The translations under genes were made by a program, and so were the position numbers. A DNA stretch of 51,419 bases from a virus (lineage: Duplodnaviria > Caudoviricetes): the IMG/VR virus record IMGVR_UViG_3300033150_001155, positions 1 through 51,419 of that record, one strand, 5' to 3'. Shown here piece after piece: positions 44,583 through 51,419 of this stretch (position 1 is the first letter of the stretch; the number at the start of each line of letters is the position of its first letter). The notes under the pieces are model-generated. The model was given only the letters and a program-made list of their open reading frames with translations. It ran no database searches and was not told the DNA's origin.

Positions 44583-46307
44583 TTATTCCTCTGTTATCGG
44601 TAATATATGACATCGACAATTACTTGAAATTACTCCATTGCTGATGTATAATGAAGATTGCGTATGTAGATCGTAAACATAACCATGAAAAGAATCAATC
44701 TTGATATCGACAATCTTCTTCGTCTTTATGAAAGCGGGGAGTCCGAGAAGGCACTCGCCGAAAGGTTTAACATTGCTCGCGGTTCTATTCGTCTTCGCTT
44801 GCTCGAGAATGGGGTCAAACCCAGAAATAGAAGCGAGGCTATGTTCACCAGAATGAGCAAGACGTCGAAGGAAGAACGGATGCGGTTGACGGGAGCCGCC
44901 CACGCTGCTGTCCGCGGCAAACGCCAAAGCCTCGAATATCGCTGTAAGATTGCTAAAACGAGAGAGATCAAACAAATTGGTATCGGTCGCGGAGAAATTA
45001 TGCTCGCGGAGAAATTGAGTAAATGCGGTTTTTCCTGTATCCAACAAAAAGCCATCGGCCCCTATAATATCGATGTAGCCATCACAAAACCGCCCATCGC
45101 CGTGGAGCTGTTCGGCGGAAACTGGCACGCGTTTGGCAACCATGCCAGGTGCTTTCGCAAACGAACTGATTATATCCTCAATTCTGGCTGGGCCGTTATT
45201 ATTATTTGGGTTACCAGGAATTATCCCCTTGAGCGAGGAGCAATAGAATATATCGTCTCCTTTGCGGAGAAGTTGAGCCGAGGCGAAACCGTTGGGAGTA
45301 AGGAGCATATGATTCGGGGTGACGGTAAGAGGACTACCCTCGGAAAAAGAAAGCTCAATAATCTTCCCCCTATAGAAGGCCCTCAGCCCCGCGATCGTAT
45401 TACCGGCCGTTTCACATCTCGTCCCTGGCAATAAACATCTAGCATGTAAAGGTGGGGATTCTATATCTGTATAATTAACTTTCAGGCTCAATTCTTTTCC
45501 CTCGCGCTCAACCGTAAACTCATCCCCCATAGAAAAGAACTTTTCCTCAATTCCTATTGTCTTGCCATCTAAATCTTCGCAAAAAGGACAGGTACGAGAA
45601 TCCCAAAACGTAGCCCAGGTGAGATGTGTCACTACTCCACTTTGCCTATAGGCTGCCAGAGCCCCCTGATTTGAAGCTCTCAGCGTCTCTGTTCTTGCAA
45701 TCATCTCAGACCGTGCTTTGTTCCAATTATCATATGTCATATTGACACGCTTTGTAAGCTCTGGGATCCCCTCCCCGGCCTCAATCCCGGCCTTTAGTTG
45801 CCGGCGTAGCTTTTCAATATTAACGCCCTCCATTGACTCTGACAAATGGAGCGGATATGTATCAAGCCATTTCTGGACATGAGGATTCCCCATATCAAAC
45901 GCTATATCAAGCTCTGCAAACTCAATAGCTCCATCTGCATTTTTCTCCATTATCTCAGCCATCAATGTCTTAAACAATGCATTGAATTCATCAACAAACT
46001 TCTTTTTCGGATATAACAGCTCATCGGTTTTATCTTTCGTTCGCCATGCCTTTTTTGTCTTTTTTATATTCGCTATGATGATTCGCCGTTCCTTCTCCCA
46101 TACCTTGATGATGCTTCGGCGCATCCGACGTTCAAACGGAAGATTCAATCGCTCAAGCAAAGCAAATATCGCCGGGTTCCTTTTCCGTGAAACCTCGGTA
46201 ATAACCGCATCCAACAGCGCATCTTTCAAATGTCGTTCAACATGTTCATGACAACATTCGCAGAGTGTATCATAAGCTATCTGCTCGGCAATGATCTGTT
46301 TATCCAT
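44583..46307 (-). CDS. MuF / SPP1 gp7-like head morphogenesis protein interrupted by an intein
   Basis: IARTETLRASNQG, DSRTCPFC..LDG; the split motif PPLHAR/CRC is rejoined after splicing. Confidence 0.9.
   Translation of the reverse strand: MDKQIIAEQIAYDTLCECCHEHVERHLKDALLDAVITEVSRKRNPAIFALLERLNLPFERRMRRSIIKVWEKERRIIIANIKKTKKAWRTKDKTDELLYPKKKFVDEFNALFKTLMAEIMEKNADGAIEFAELDIAFDMGNPHVQKWLDTYPLHLSESMEGVNIEKLRRQLKAGIEAGEGIPELTKRVNMTYDNWNKARSEMIARTETLRASNQGALAAYRQSGVVTHLTWATFWDSRTCPFCEDLDGKTIGIEEKFFSMGDEFTVEREGKELSLKVNYTDIESPPLHARCLLPGTRCETAGNTIAGLRAFYRGKIIELSFSEGSPLTVTPNHMLLTPNGFASAQLLRKGDDIFYCSSLKGIIPGNPNNNNGPARIEDIISSFAKAPGMVAKRVPVSAEQLHGDGRFCDGYIDIIGADGFLLDTGKTAFTQFLREHNFSATDTNLFDLSRFSNLTAIFEALAFAADSSVGGSRQPHPFFLRRLAHSGEHSLASISGFDPILEQAKTNRTASNVKPFGECLLGLPAFIKTKKIVDIKIDSFHGYVYDLHTQSSLYISNGVISSNCRCHILPITEE
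44624..44652 (+). promoter_or_regulatory. Antisense sigma70 promoter inside the intein C-terminal coding region
   Basis: TTGAAA (44624-44629)-17 nt-TATAAT (44647-44652), 32 nt upstream of the ATG at 44685. Confidence 0.7.
44685..45434 (+). CDS. Putative homing endonuclease (HTH + NUMOD3-like + DUF559/Vsr-like nuclease), nested antisense within the intein
   Basis: HTH LYESGESEKALAERFNIARGSIR; RGKRQSLEYRCKIA; GEIMLAEKL..QQKAIGPYNIDVA..IAVELFGGNWH..RTDYILNSGWAVIIIW. Confidence 0.85.
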   Translation: MKRINLDIDNLLRLYESGESEKALAERFNIARGSIRLRLLENGVKPRNRSEAMFTRMSKTSKEERMRLTGAAHAAVRGKRQSLEYRCKIAKTREIKQIGIGRGEIMLAEKLSKCGFSCIQQKAIGPYNIDVAITKPPIAVELFGGNWHAFGNHARCFRKRTDYILNSGWAVIIIWVTRNYPLERGAIEYIVSFAEKLSRGETVGSKEHMIRGDGKRTTLGKRKLNNLPPIEGPQPRDRITGRFTSRPWQ

Positions 46308-47730
46308 TTATCATTTCCCTCAATGCTTGTTTAGCTAGCAGTGCGATCTGACGTGCCTCCTCTTCGGTCGGTTTTATCGGAGCAACCGAACCTATCGGAG
46401 CCATCGTCATAGGAAGTATCGGCACTGCCCCCCATTCGCTCTCGTCGCGTCCTTCAATCTTGCGCTCCTCATTTATTGATGAAAATCCGGTCTTGAGATT
46501 AGTCTCTTTTTCCTTGAGCTTAAATTCTTTGTCCTCCGGGACGGGGGAATCAAAAGCCACAAACAGCCGTTTCTTCCCGCTTGAGAATCGGGAGATAATT
46601 TTCTCATTCACCTTTTCTTGTAATCGTTGGAGCATCGGGTCTATACCGTATTTTGCAAACGTGAATTGTGCTCCCTCGACATTTGCCCTATTTGCCGTCG
46701 GGTCGAAAAGCGCAGCCGGGACGCCATATGCAGCGCATATCTCCTCTCGGTTCAACACTCGCCCTTTCGTATAGCTGAGCTCTTCAGGCGTCATCGTATC
46801 TCTAATATATTCCATCTCTCTTGTAGTGAGCATTGTCCGTCCGGCCTTCTTTGCCCCGGCGAATTTATCGGCAAATTGCTGTTCAAGACGGTCAAAGTCC
46901 TGCCGACTGATATTTCCCTTCGGCACGATAAGCCCCCCGGGACGAGCCCGGTTTACGAAAAGCGCACTTTCAAACTCATTCATCTGCCGTGCGATAAATA
47001 CGGCATACGCTATCCCACGGGTTGTCGCATAACCGGAGAAAGGATTCTGAGGATTCGGATATTCGAAAAATACAATCTCCTCCGGGCTGAACTTTACCTC
47101 TACGCTTCCCCGCTTGTATCGATAACCGATAATCGCCTCATCAAGCGTCCTTCCGAATATCGGATTCATGAACTGTGCCGGAATGACCCATATCTCCTGT
47201 GGAACACCAAGAGAATTTAGTGGCGTGTACCAATACGCCTCGCCAGTAAGGTCAAGAAACATTGAGGTTGATTCCCAGAGATCGCGTCGCGTTGCGAAAG
47301 GATTGACTTTCGTCACAAGGTCAAGAAACACATGCTCGGTTATCTCCTCAATATCCTCGGCCTTACAAACGATTCTCTCAAGCCCGGCGTTCGCCCGGAT
47401 CAGCGCAAGGGTCTCCCGGTCAACACGCTTCGTCTTTGTCTTTACGGGTGCCGATCGCTCCTCTTTAGCGACATACATCCGCATCTTTACGTTTGCGACA
47501 GCCTCCGCCTTCCGCTTCACGCAGGTATAAACCCAACCTTCAAACGAATCTGCGAACTGACTTTTTGTCCTCGGCCTGCTATCCCCGAGGAGTCCTTCGC
47601 CCCAAAACTCGGCGTCAATAAATGCCGTATCATCTCCGATACTCGGCCTCTGCCCAGTTGTTGAGAAAGCATCCTCAAGGCCTCGCCTATAAAGCCCCTT
47701 CTGTCGGCCTATCCACTCAAATATATTCAT
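46300..47730 (-). CDS. Portal protein (HK97 family)
   Basis: WVYTCV, VNPF, LTGEAYW, PNP.NPFSG, REEICAAYGVP, SINEER. Confidence 0.93.
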   Translation of the reverse strand: MNIFEWIGRQKGLYRRGLEDAFSTTGQRPSIGDDTAFIDAEFWGEGLLGDSRPRTKSQFADSFEGWVYTCVKRKAEAVANVKMRMYVAKEERSAPVKTKTKRVDRETLALIRANAGLERIVCKAEDIEEITEHVFLDLVTKVNPFATRRDLWESTSMFLDLTGEAYWYTPLNSLGVPQEIWVIPAQFMNPIFGRTLDEAIIGYRYKRGSVEVKFSPEEIVFFEYPNPQNPFSGYATTRGIAYAVFIARQMNEFESALFVNRARPGGLIVPKGNISRQDFDRLEQQFADKFAGAKKAGRTMLTTREMEYIRDTMTPEELSYTKGRVLNREEICAAYGVPAALFDPTANRANVEGAQFTFAKYGIDPMLQRLQEKVNEKIISRFSSGKKRLFVAFDSPVPEDKEFKLKEKETNLKTGFSSINEERKIEGRDESEWGAVPILPMTMAPIGSVAPIKPTEEEARQIALLAKQALREMING

Positions 47731-47743
47731 TTTCTCTCATCCA

Positions 47744-48967
47744 TCATACCACAGATATCTCCCATCCCGCACCGCCGTAATGCTCACGCGCCCAGTTTGC
47801 CAGAGCAAGTGCCGTAACTGCATCGTCATGATAGCCTTCTGGTGCCGAATAATGCACAATCCCTGACGGATTGATTTTGTATTCATATATATCAAGCTCA
47901 TTCTTAAGCACCGGATCGTCAAATATTTTAATCCTCTCCTGCTCAAACGCTATCCGGAGGAGTTCAATCAGTGCCTTCTTTTTCGGATTCGTGAATTGAT
48001 ACCCTTCAACGTTGAGACCGGCATTCTGGAGCTCGCCGAGTATTGGATCACCTACACCCGTCGAATCTATGAGGAGATAGGGATCATATTTCTCGCATAT
48101 TTCAGTGATCCTCCTCACCTGCTCTTTCCAATCAATGATATTGAATCGATCCATAAAGACCTGATTTCCTTCTTCATCAAGTATAACGAGGACAGTAAAA
48201 TCAACAAGGCGCGCGAGGTCTAATCCTGCATAATACGATCTTCCTTCTTTCGGCTCCTGTGGCTCAGCTCCGACACATGCCTTGACATTTCGGAATACGC
48301 CGGCCATGTCATCAAGAAATTCCGCCAAATATTCTTGCCTGAATACATCATCCGGGAGTGATTGTCGCGCCTGTTCAACGTCCGCAGGAAGGACAAAAGG
48401 ATTGTCGGCAGTCGGGGACCGCCATGATTCATATTCCGGCTGTAGCGGATCCTGCCCGCGTGTCCAAATATCAAAGAACCAATTCTTTCCTTTCGGCGTT
48501 GATAGGAACAGAACTCTTCCCCCGGTATCAGATACTGCGGGACGGATAATCTCCTCCCAGACCTCACGCTTCACGCGCGCAGCCTCGTCTATTACGACTC
48601 TCATTAAACCCTCGCCTCGAAGTGAATCCGGATTATCTCCACTCTTGAATTCCATAACACCGTCGTTAATAAAATCAATTCTCAATTCCGTATGGGAGAC
48701 GTTCTTCAACATCCAGCTAACTTTTCCTTCTTTGACGGCAGAGAGGAATTTTCGAAATGCCATCCGGCTTTGTGAATAGACAGGTGCGATCCACCAGTTA
48801 ATTCCCTCATCCTCGCATACACCTTCAAAAAGCCAGTTAAGTCCGGTGACCGTTTTTCCCCACCGCCTTCCTGCATCAATTGAGAGGAATCGAGCCATTG
48901 ATTTGAAAATAACCGCCTGTGACGGGCGTGGTTCATAGGCTTCGATTTCATGCTCAATCACCTGCAT
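47744..48967 (-). CDS. terL: Terminase large subunit
   Basis: Walker A AGRRWGKT, Walker B VVIDEAA, STPKGKNWF, GLDLAR, HDD. Confidence 0.95.
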   Translation of the reverse strand: MQVIEHEIEAYEPRPSQAVIFKSMARFLSIDAGRRWGKTVTGLNWLFEGVCEDEGINWWIAPVYSQSRMAFRKFLSAVKEGKVSWMLKNVSHTELRIDFINDGVMEFKSGDNPDSLRGEGLMRVVIDEAARVKREVWEEIIRPAVSDTGGRVLFLSTPKGKNWFFDIWTRGQDPLQPEYESWRSPTADNPFVLPADVEQARQSLPDDVFRQEYLAEFLDDMAGVFRNVKACVGAEPQEPKEGRSYYAGLDLARLVDFTVLVILDEEGNQVFMDRFNIIDWKEQVRRITEICEKYDPYLLIDSTGVGDPILGELQNAGLNVEGYQFTNPKKKALIELLRIAFEQERIKIFDDPVLKNELDIYEYKINPSGIVHYSAPEGYHDDAVTALALANWAREHYGGAGWEISVV

Positions 48968-49400
48968 CCTTGCCGTTCCCTCCGAACCGAAAAACTAATT
49001 TATGTTTCATCTCTCCTTGGATATCTATCTGTTGTCGATCTCTCCACCTTTCCGGTTGCCTGTTTTTAAGCCAAAATATCTGAGCGGTTGTATCTGGGAT
49101 CACATGTTTTTTCACTCTTTTCACTAGCACAATTTTATCCCCACGTCTCTCAAATGTTTCTTCTACATATTCATATCCAACAGCCCGTTTATAAAGATGG
49201 TTTTCAACGTTTCTATCAGCATTGGCTTTTGCTTTTTTTAAGGAGTGACTAAATTCAGGATATTTATCAAGCCAGCGATATAGAGATCTTTTTGAAACCC
49301 CCCAAAACTCTGCGATTTGTTCAATTGTCAGCCCATAGCGTGCAAGATAGATGGCTTCATCCATCATCTCTTTTTTGAATAATGTTTTTCGTCCTCTCAT
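48954..49400 (-). CDS. terS: Terminase small subunit
   Basis: N-terminal HTH; PDTTAQIFWLKNRQPERWRD; directly upstream of terL. Confidence 0.88.
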   Translation of the reverse strand: MRGRKTLFKKEMMDEAIYLARYGLTIEQIAEFWGVSKRSLYRWLDKYPEFSHSLKKAKANADRNVENHLYKRAVGYEYVEETFERRGDKIVLVKRVKKHVIPDTTAQIFWLKNRQPERWRDRQQIDIQGEMKHKLVFRFGGNGKDAGD

Positions 49401-49585
49401 TCGCTTTTATCCATGATGACTACCATAACCATCTCATCAGCTCGTTGAAGGCTGTTCAATGTATTGAGTATTTCATCTTTCACGTTCTCATCCTGAAGTC
49501 TCAATTTGAGCTCCGCTTCCTTGTCTCCTGATACAAGGCTTTTTATTGTAAGCATTTTTATTAAAGCTTTGAATGCGATTTTCAT
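49397..49585 (-). CDS. Hypothetical protein
   Basis: 62 aa; ATGA overlaps at both ends. Confidence 0.65.
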   Translation of the reverse strand: MKIAFKALIKMLTIKSLVSGDKEAELKLRLQDENVKDEILNTLNSLQRADEMVMVVIMDKSE

Positions 49586-49824
49586 GGGAATAACTTTTTT
49601 GCGATTACCGTCCCGATGAACCCGCCAAGCAAAGCAGTGATGAGGGCGATAATACTGGCCATGCCGTATATTTTTATTCGGAGCTCGTTGATCATTTTCC
49701 TCAGTTCTTTCCTATCGTTGCAACATGCCTCAATCTCCCGGTCGTGACGCGATACCATATATATGAGTCTCTCTGCCCATTCATTCCACTTCCTGCTCCC
49801 CGTTGTTCCGTTATCTGCAGACAT
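49582..49824 (-). CDS. Coiled-coil protein with C-terminal TM helix
   Basis: Probable start MSADNG; hydrophobic C-terminus. Confidence 0.55.
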   Translation of the reverse strand: MSADNGTTGSRKWNEWAERLIYMVSRHDREIEACCNDRKELRKMINELRIKIYGMASIIALITALLGGFIGTVIAKKLFP

Positions 49825-49825
49825 C

Positions 49826-50272
49826 TCATCGCCGTCCCTCCGGAAAATCCGGGTTTGCAGGCATTGTAATGACCCATTGTTTTCCTGGTTCAATATATTT
49901 AACTACATGTGGTGTTTTTGCAGGGATGAAAACCCAGTCTTTATATAGGAGTCGTTTCGGTCGGCCTCCGTCGATCGTTACTTCGCACCGACCGCTAATC
50001 TGTGCAAACCATTCATCCTCATCATGAGCATGGAGGGGCATTACGGCACCGCCTCCGGGCGTCGAGATAAGTACGATAGCCACCTTTTCATTTTTGTATA
50101 GTCCAACAGCCGTGAGGATCCCTCCTTCTATCTGGTAATTCTTCACGTCCAAAGCCACAAGTTGCTCCAACACAAAGTCGGAAAGGCTCAGGACGGGAGG
50201 CAGGTTATTTGTTATCTTAATCAATTCGTCCCTTTCCGCTTCTCTATCTTTCATTGTTCTCCCCCTCGGCAT
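49826..50272 (-). CDS. Cupin domain protein
   Basis: PLHAHDEDEWF...VFIPAKTPHVV metal-binding motifs. Confidence 0.8.
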   Translation of the reverse strand: MPRGRTMKDREAERDELIKITNNLPPVLSLSDFVLEQLVALDVKNYQIEGGILTAVGLYKNEKVAIVLISTPGGGAVMPLHAHDEDEWFAQISGRCEVTIDGGRPKRLLYKDWVFIPAKTPHVVKYIEPGKQWVITMPANPDFPEGRR

Positions 50273-50526
50273 CGCTCAAGCTCTTCCCGGCATCTCATGT
50301 AAGAATCCAATATCCTATTAACGGAAGTCATGAATTTATCGCTCACAATGACGCCGTGTTCAATATATGAATCAGCAATGATTGAGTCATTCTCAACGAA
50401 ACCTAAAATATCCGGAGTGCCGGGTTCAATTACTATCCCCGGCTTCCCGCATCTTTCGGATAATGATATTACGAAGAGCACTGCGATCATTATCAGCAAG
50501 AGCCTTGCGTATCTTTTCACGTTCAT
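50251..50526 (-). CDS. Signal-peptide/lipoprotein-like protein (possible spanin component)
   Basis: Basic then hydrophobic N-terminus followed by Cys; lies in the lysis region; lipobox atypical. Confidence 0.45.
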   Translation of the reverse strand: MNVKRYARLLLIMIAVLFVISLSERCGKPGIVIEPGTPDILGFVENDSIIADSYIEHGVIVSDKFMTSVNRILDSYMRCREELERCRGGEQ

Positions 50527-50611
50527 TTTCACGTCTCTCCTTCTTGATTGCTTTGTATGCCGATCTGCCAATCTTGATTATTTCTAGGATAAGCTTTATT
50601 GCATCTTTCAT
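50426..50611 (-). CDS. Small basic helical protein in the lysis cassette
   Basis: GAGGTG SD before MKDAIK, right after the endolysin; overlaps the next gene. Confidence 0.5.
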   Translation of the reverse strand: MKDAIKLILEIIKIGRSAYKAIKKERRENEREKIRKALADNDRSALRNIIIRKMREAGDSN

Positions 50612-50618
50612 CAACACC

Positions 50619-50984
50619 TCACAATTCGAAATGGTAGATATCATCAAATGTCCAGCCAGCGTTGCCCCCCCAGATTCCGCCCATCTCTTTCCATATGCGC
50701 CCGAGGGTCTCATATTCCGGACACCGACTCCATATAAGCTCACCGTTTTTTACGACAACCAGATCCCGAGCACGTCCGAGCTGGTGTTTTGACTTGACTC
50801 TGTAACCATCACATTTAGATTTGCCCTGCCTGTAAAGATAATTCTGTTGGGTATCAGTACGGAGTGCGCCGTATGGTGGAATCGTGTAAATGGTAATGCC
50901 GAGTTGTTCGGTGATGAGAATTAAGTGGGATATTTTGCGGTCGAAAAGGATACGATGCTCCATCGCGGATACATCGTTTGGCAT
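50619..50984 (-). CDS. Endolysin, M15 family (L-Ala-D-Glu peptidase-like), catalytic domain only
   Basis: RT..QQ..LY..G, SKHQLGRARD (SxHx6D), WGG.....D..HFE. Confidence 0.88.
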   Translation of the reverse strand: MPNDVSAMEHRILFDRKISHLILITEQLGITIYTIPPYGALRTDTQQNYLYRQGKSKCDGYRVKSKHQLGRARDLVVVKNGELIWSRCPEYETLGRIWKEMGGIWGGNAGWTFDDIYHFEL

Positions 50985-51042
50985 CCTTTATCTCCAATTG
51001 GAATGATACTGTGGAAAAAAATATATGAATTATTCACCATTG

Positions 51043-51375
51043 TCAAGTTTTTGTTTCACTTTCGTTATAGGTATGGTTGTATTTCTCTATGTCTGTTTTA
51101 ATCTCAGGAATCATTGACATCCCGAGAACATGCGCATCGGTCGGGAAAATCGATAGCCATTTTTCAAAACTTTCATTCCAGAAAAATACACATAAAGCCA
51201 TTTTGAGTGACGGGTCTTTGCGATAAACGGCATAACCCATCCCTTCAGAGATCGCCGTCACCCGAACAAGATGGAACACTTCATTATTGTAATTCCGGTT
51301 TCTCTCTGGATTCGACATAAACCGAGCAACCTCCTCTGCCCGATTTTGTAAGCTCTGCCAAAGATGCTCGTTCAT
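51043..51375 (-). CDS. Hypothetical protein (5' end duplicated at 1-70 by the terminal repeat)
   Basis: 110-aa ORF between the holin candidate and the endolysin on the circular map. Confidence 0.65.
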   Translation of the reverse strand: MNEHLWQSLQNRAEEVARFMSNPERNRNYNNEVFHLVRVTAISEGMGYAVYRKDPSLKMALCVFFWNESFEKWLSIFPTDAHVLGMSMIPEIKTDIEKYNHTYNESETKT

Positions 51376-51419
51376 TTTTTTACTCTTAAAGCTTAAAATA
51401 CCCCATTATTTCCCCTCCC
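51306..51419. repeat. Terminal direct repeat, right copy
   Basis: Identical to 1-114. Confidence 0.95.

Larger units (their letters stand above)
44619..45437 (-). mobile_element. Intein (273 aa) in the MuF protein
   Basis: Cys1 block A CLLPGT, block B LTVTPNHMLLT, block F GYVYDLHT, block G LYISNGVISSN, +1 Cys. Confidence 0.88.
1..51419. mobile_element. Complete circular(ly permuted) Caudoviricetes phage genome, siphovirus-like
   Basis: Full set of terminase, portal, protease, capsid, connector, tail tube, tape measure, lysis and replication genes; identical 114-bp ends; no sheath gene recognised. Confidence 0.95.

Noticed and set aside
46460-48779. Several 100-200 aa antisense ORFs over portal and terminase
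   Set aside because: Shadow frames of conserved genes with no independent evidence.
1-51419. Alternative genetic code or diversity-generating retroelement
   Set aside because: Genes are full length under the standard code; no reverse transcriptase or template/variable repeat pair was seen.

Overview
This window is an apparently complete, circularly closed genome of a tailed dsDNA phage with siphovirus-type gene order. Bases 1-114 repeat exactly at 51306-51419, giving a unit length of 51,305 bp. Almost all genes are on the minus strand. The late arm runs lysis, terminase, portal, MuF, prohead protease, capsid, connectors, tail and receptor-binding/glycoside-hydrolase genes. The other minus-strand arm carries recombination and replication genes (annealing-protein candidate, Cas4-like exonuclease, initiator, DnaB, RuvC-like), two radical SAM genes and many small ORFs. 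A short plus-strand early operon lies at about 12.0-13.9 kb. No integrase, CI-type repressor, tRNA or CRISPR array was recognised. The main find is a 273-aa intein in the MuF gene. Its putative homing endonuclease (HTH + DUF559/Vsr-like) is encoded on the opposite strand, codon-for-codon inside the intein, with a TTGAAA-17-TATAAT promoter hidden in the intein's C-terminal splicing motifs. Other notable features: a sugar-modification/glycosylation cassette within the virion operon, two HK97-fold capsid paralogues, a prohead protease-AAA+ ATPase fusion, a Ser1 mini-intein in DnaB, a -1 frameshifting tail chaperone, and several structured leaders. All calls come from reading motifs by eye; no searches were run.
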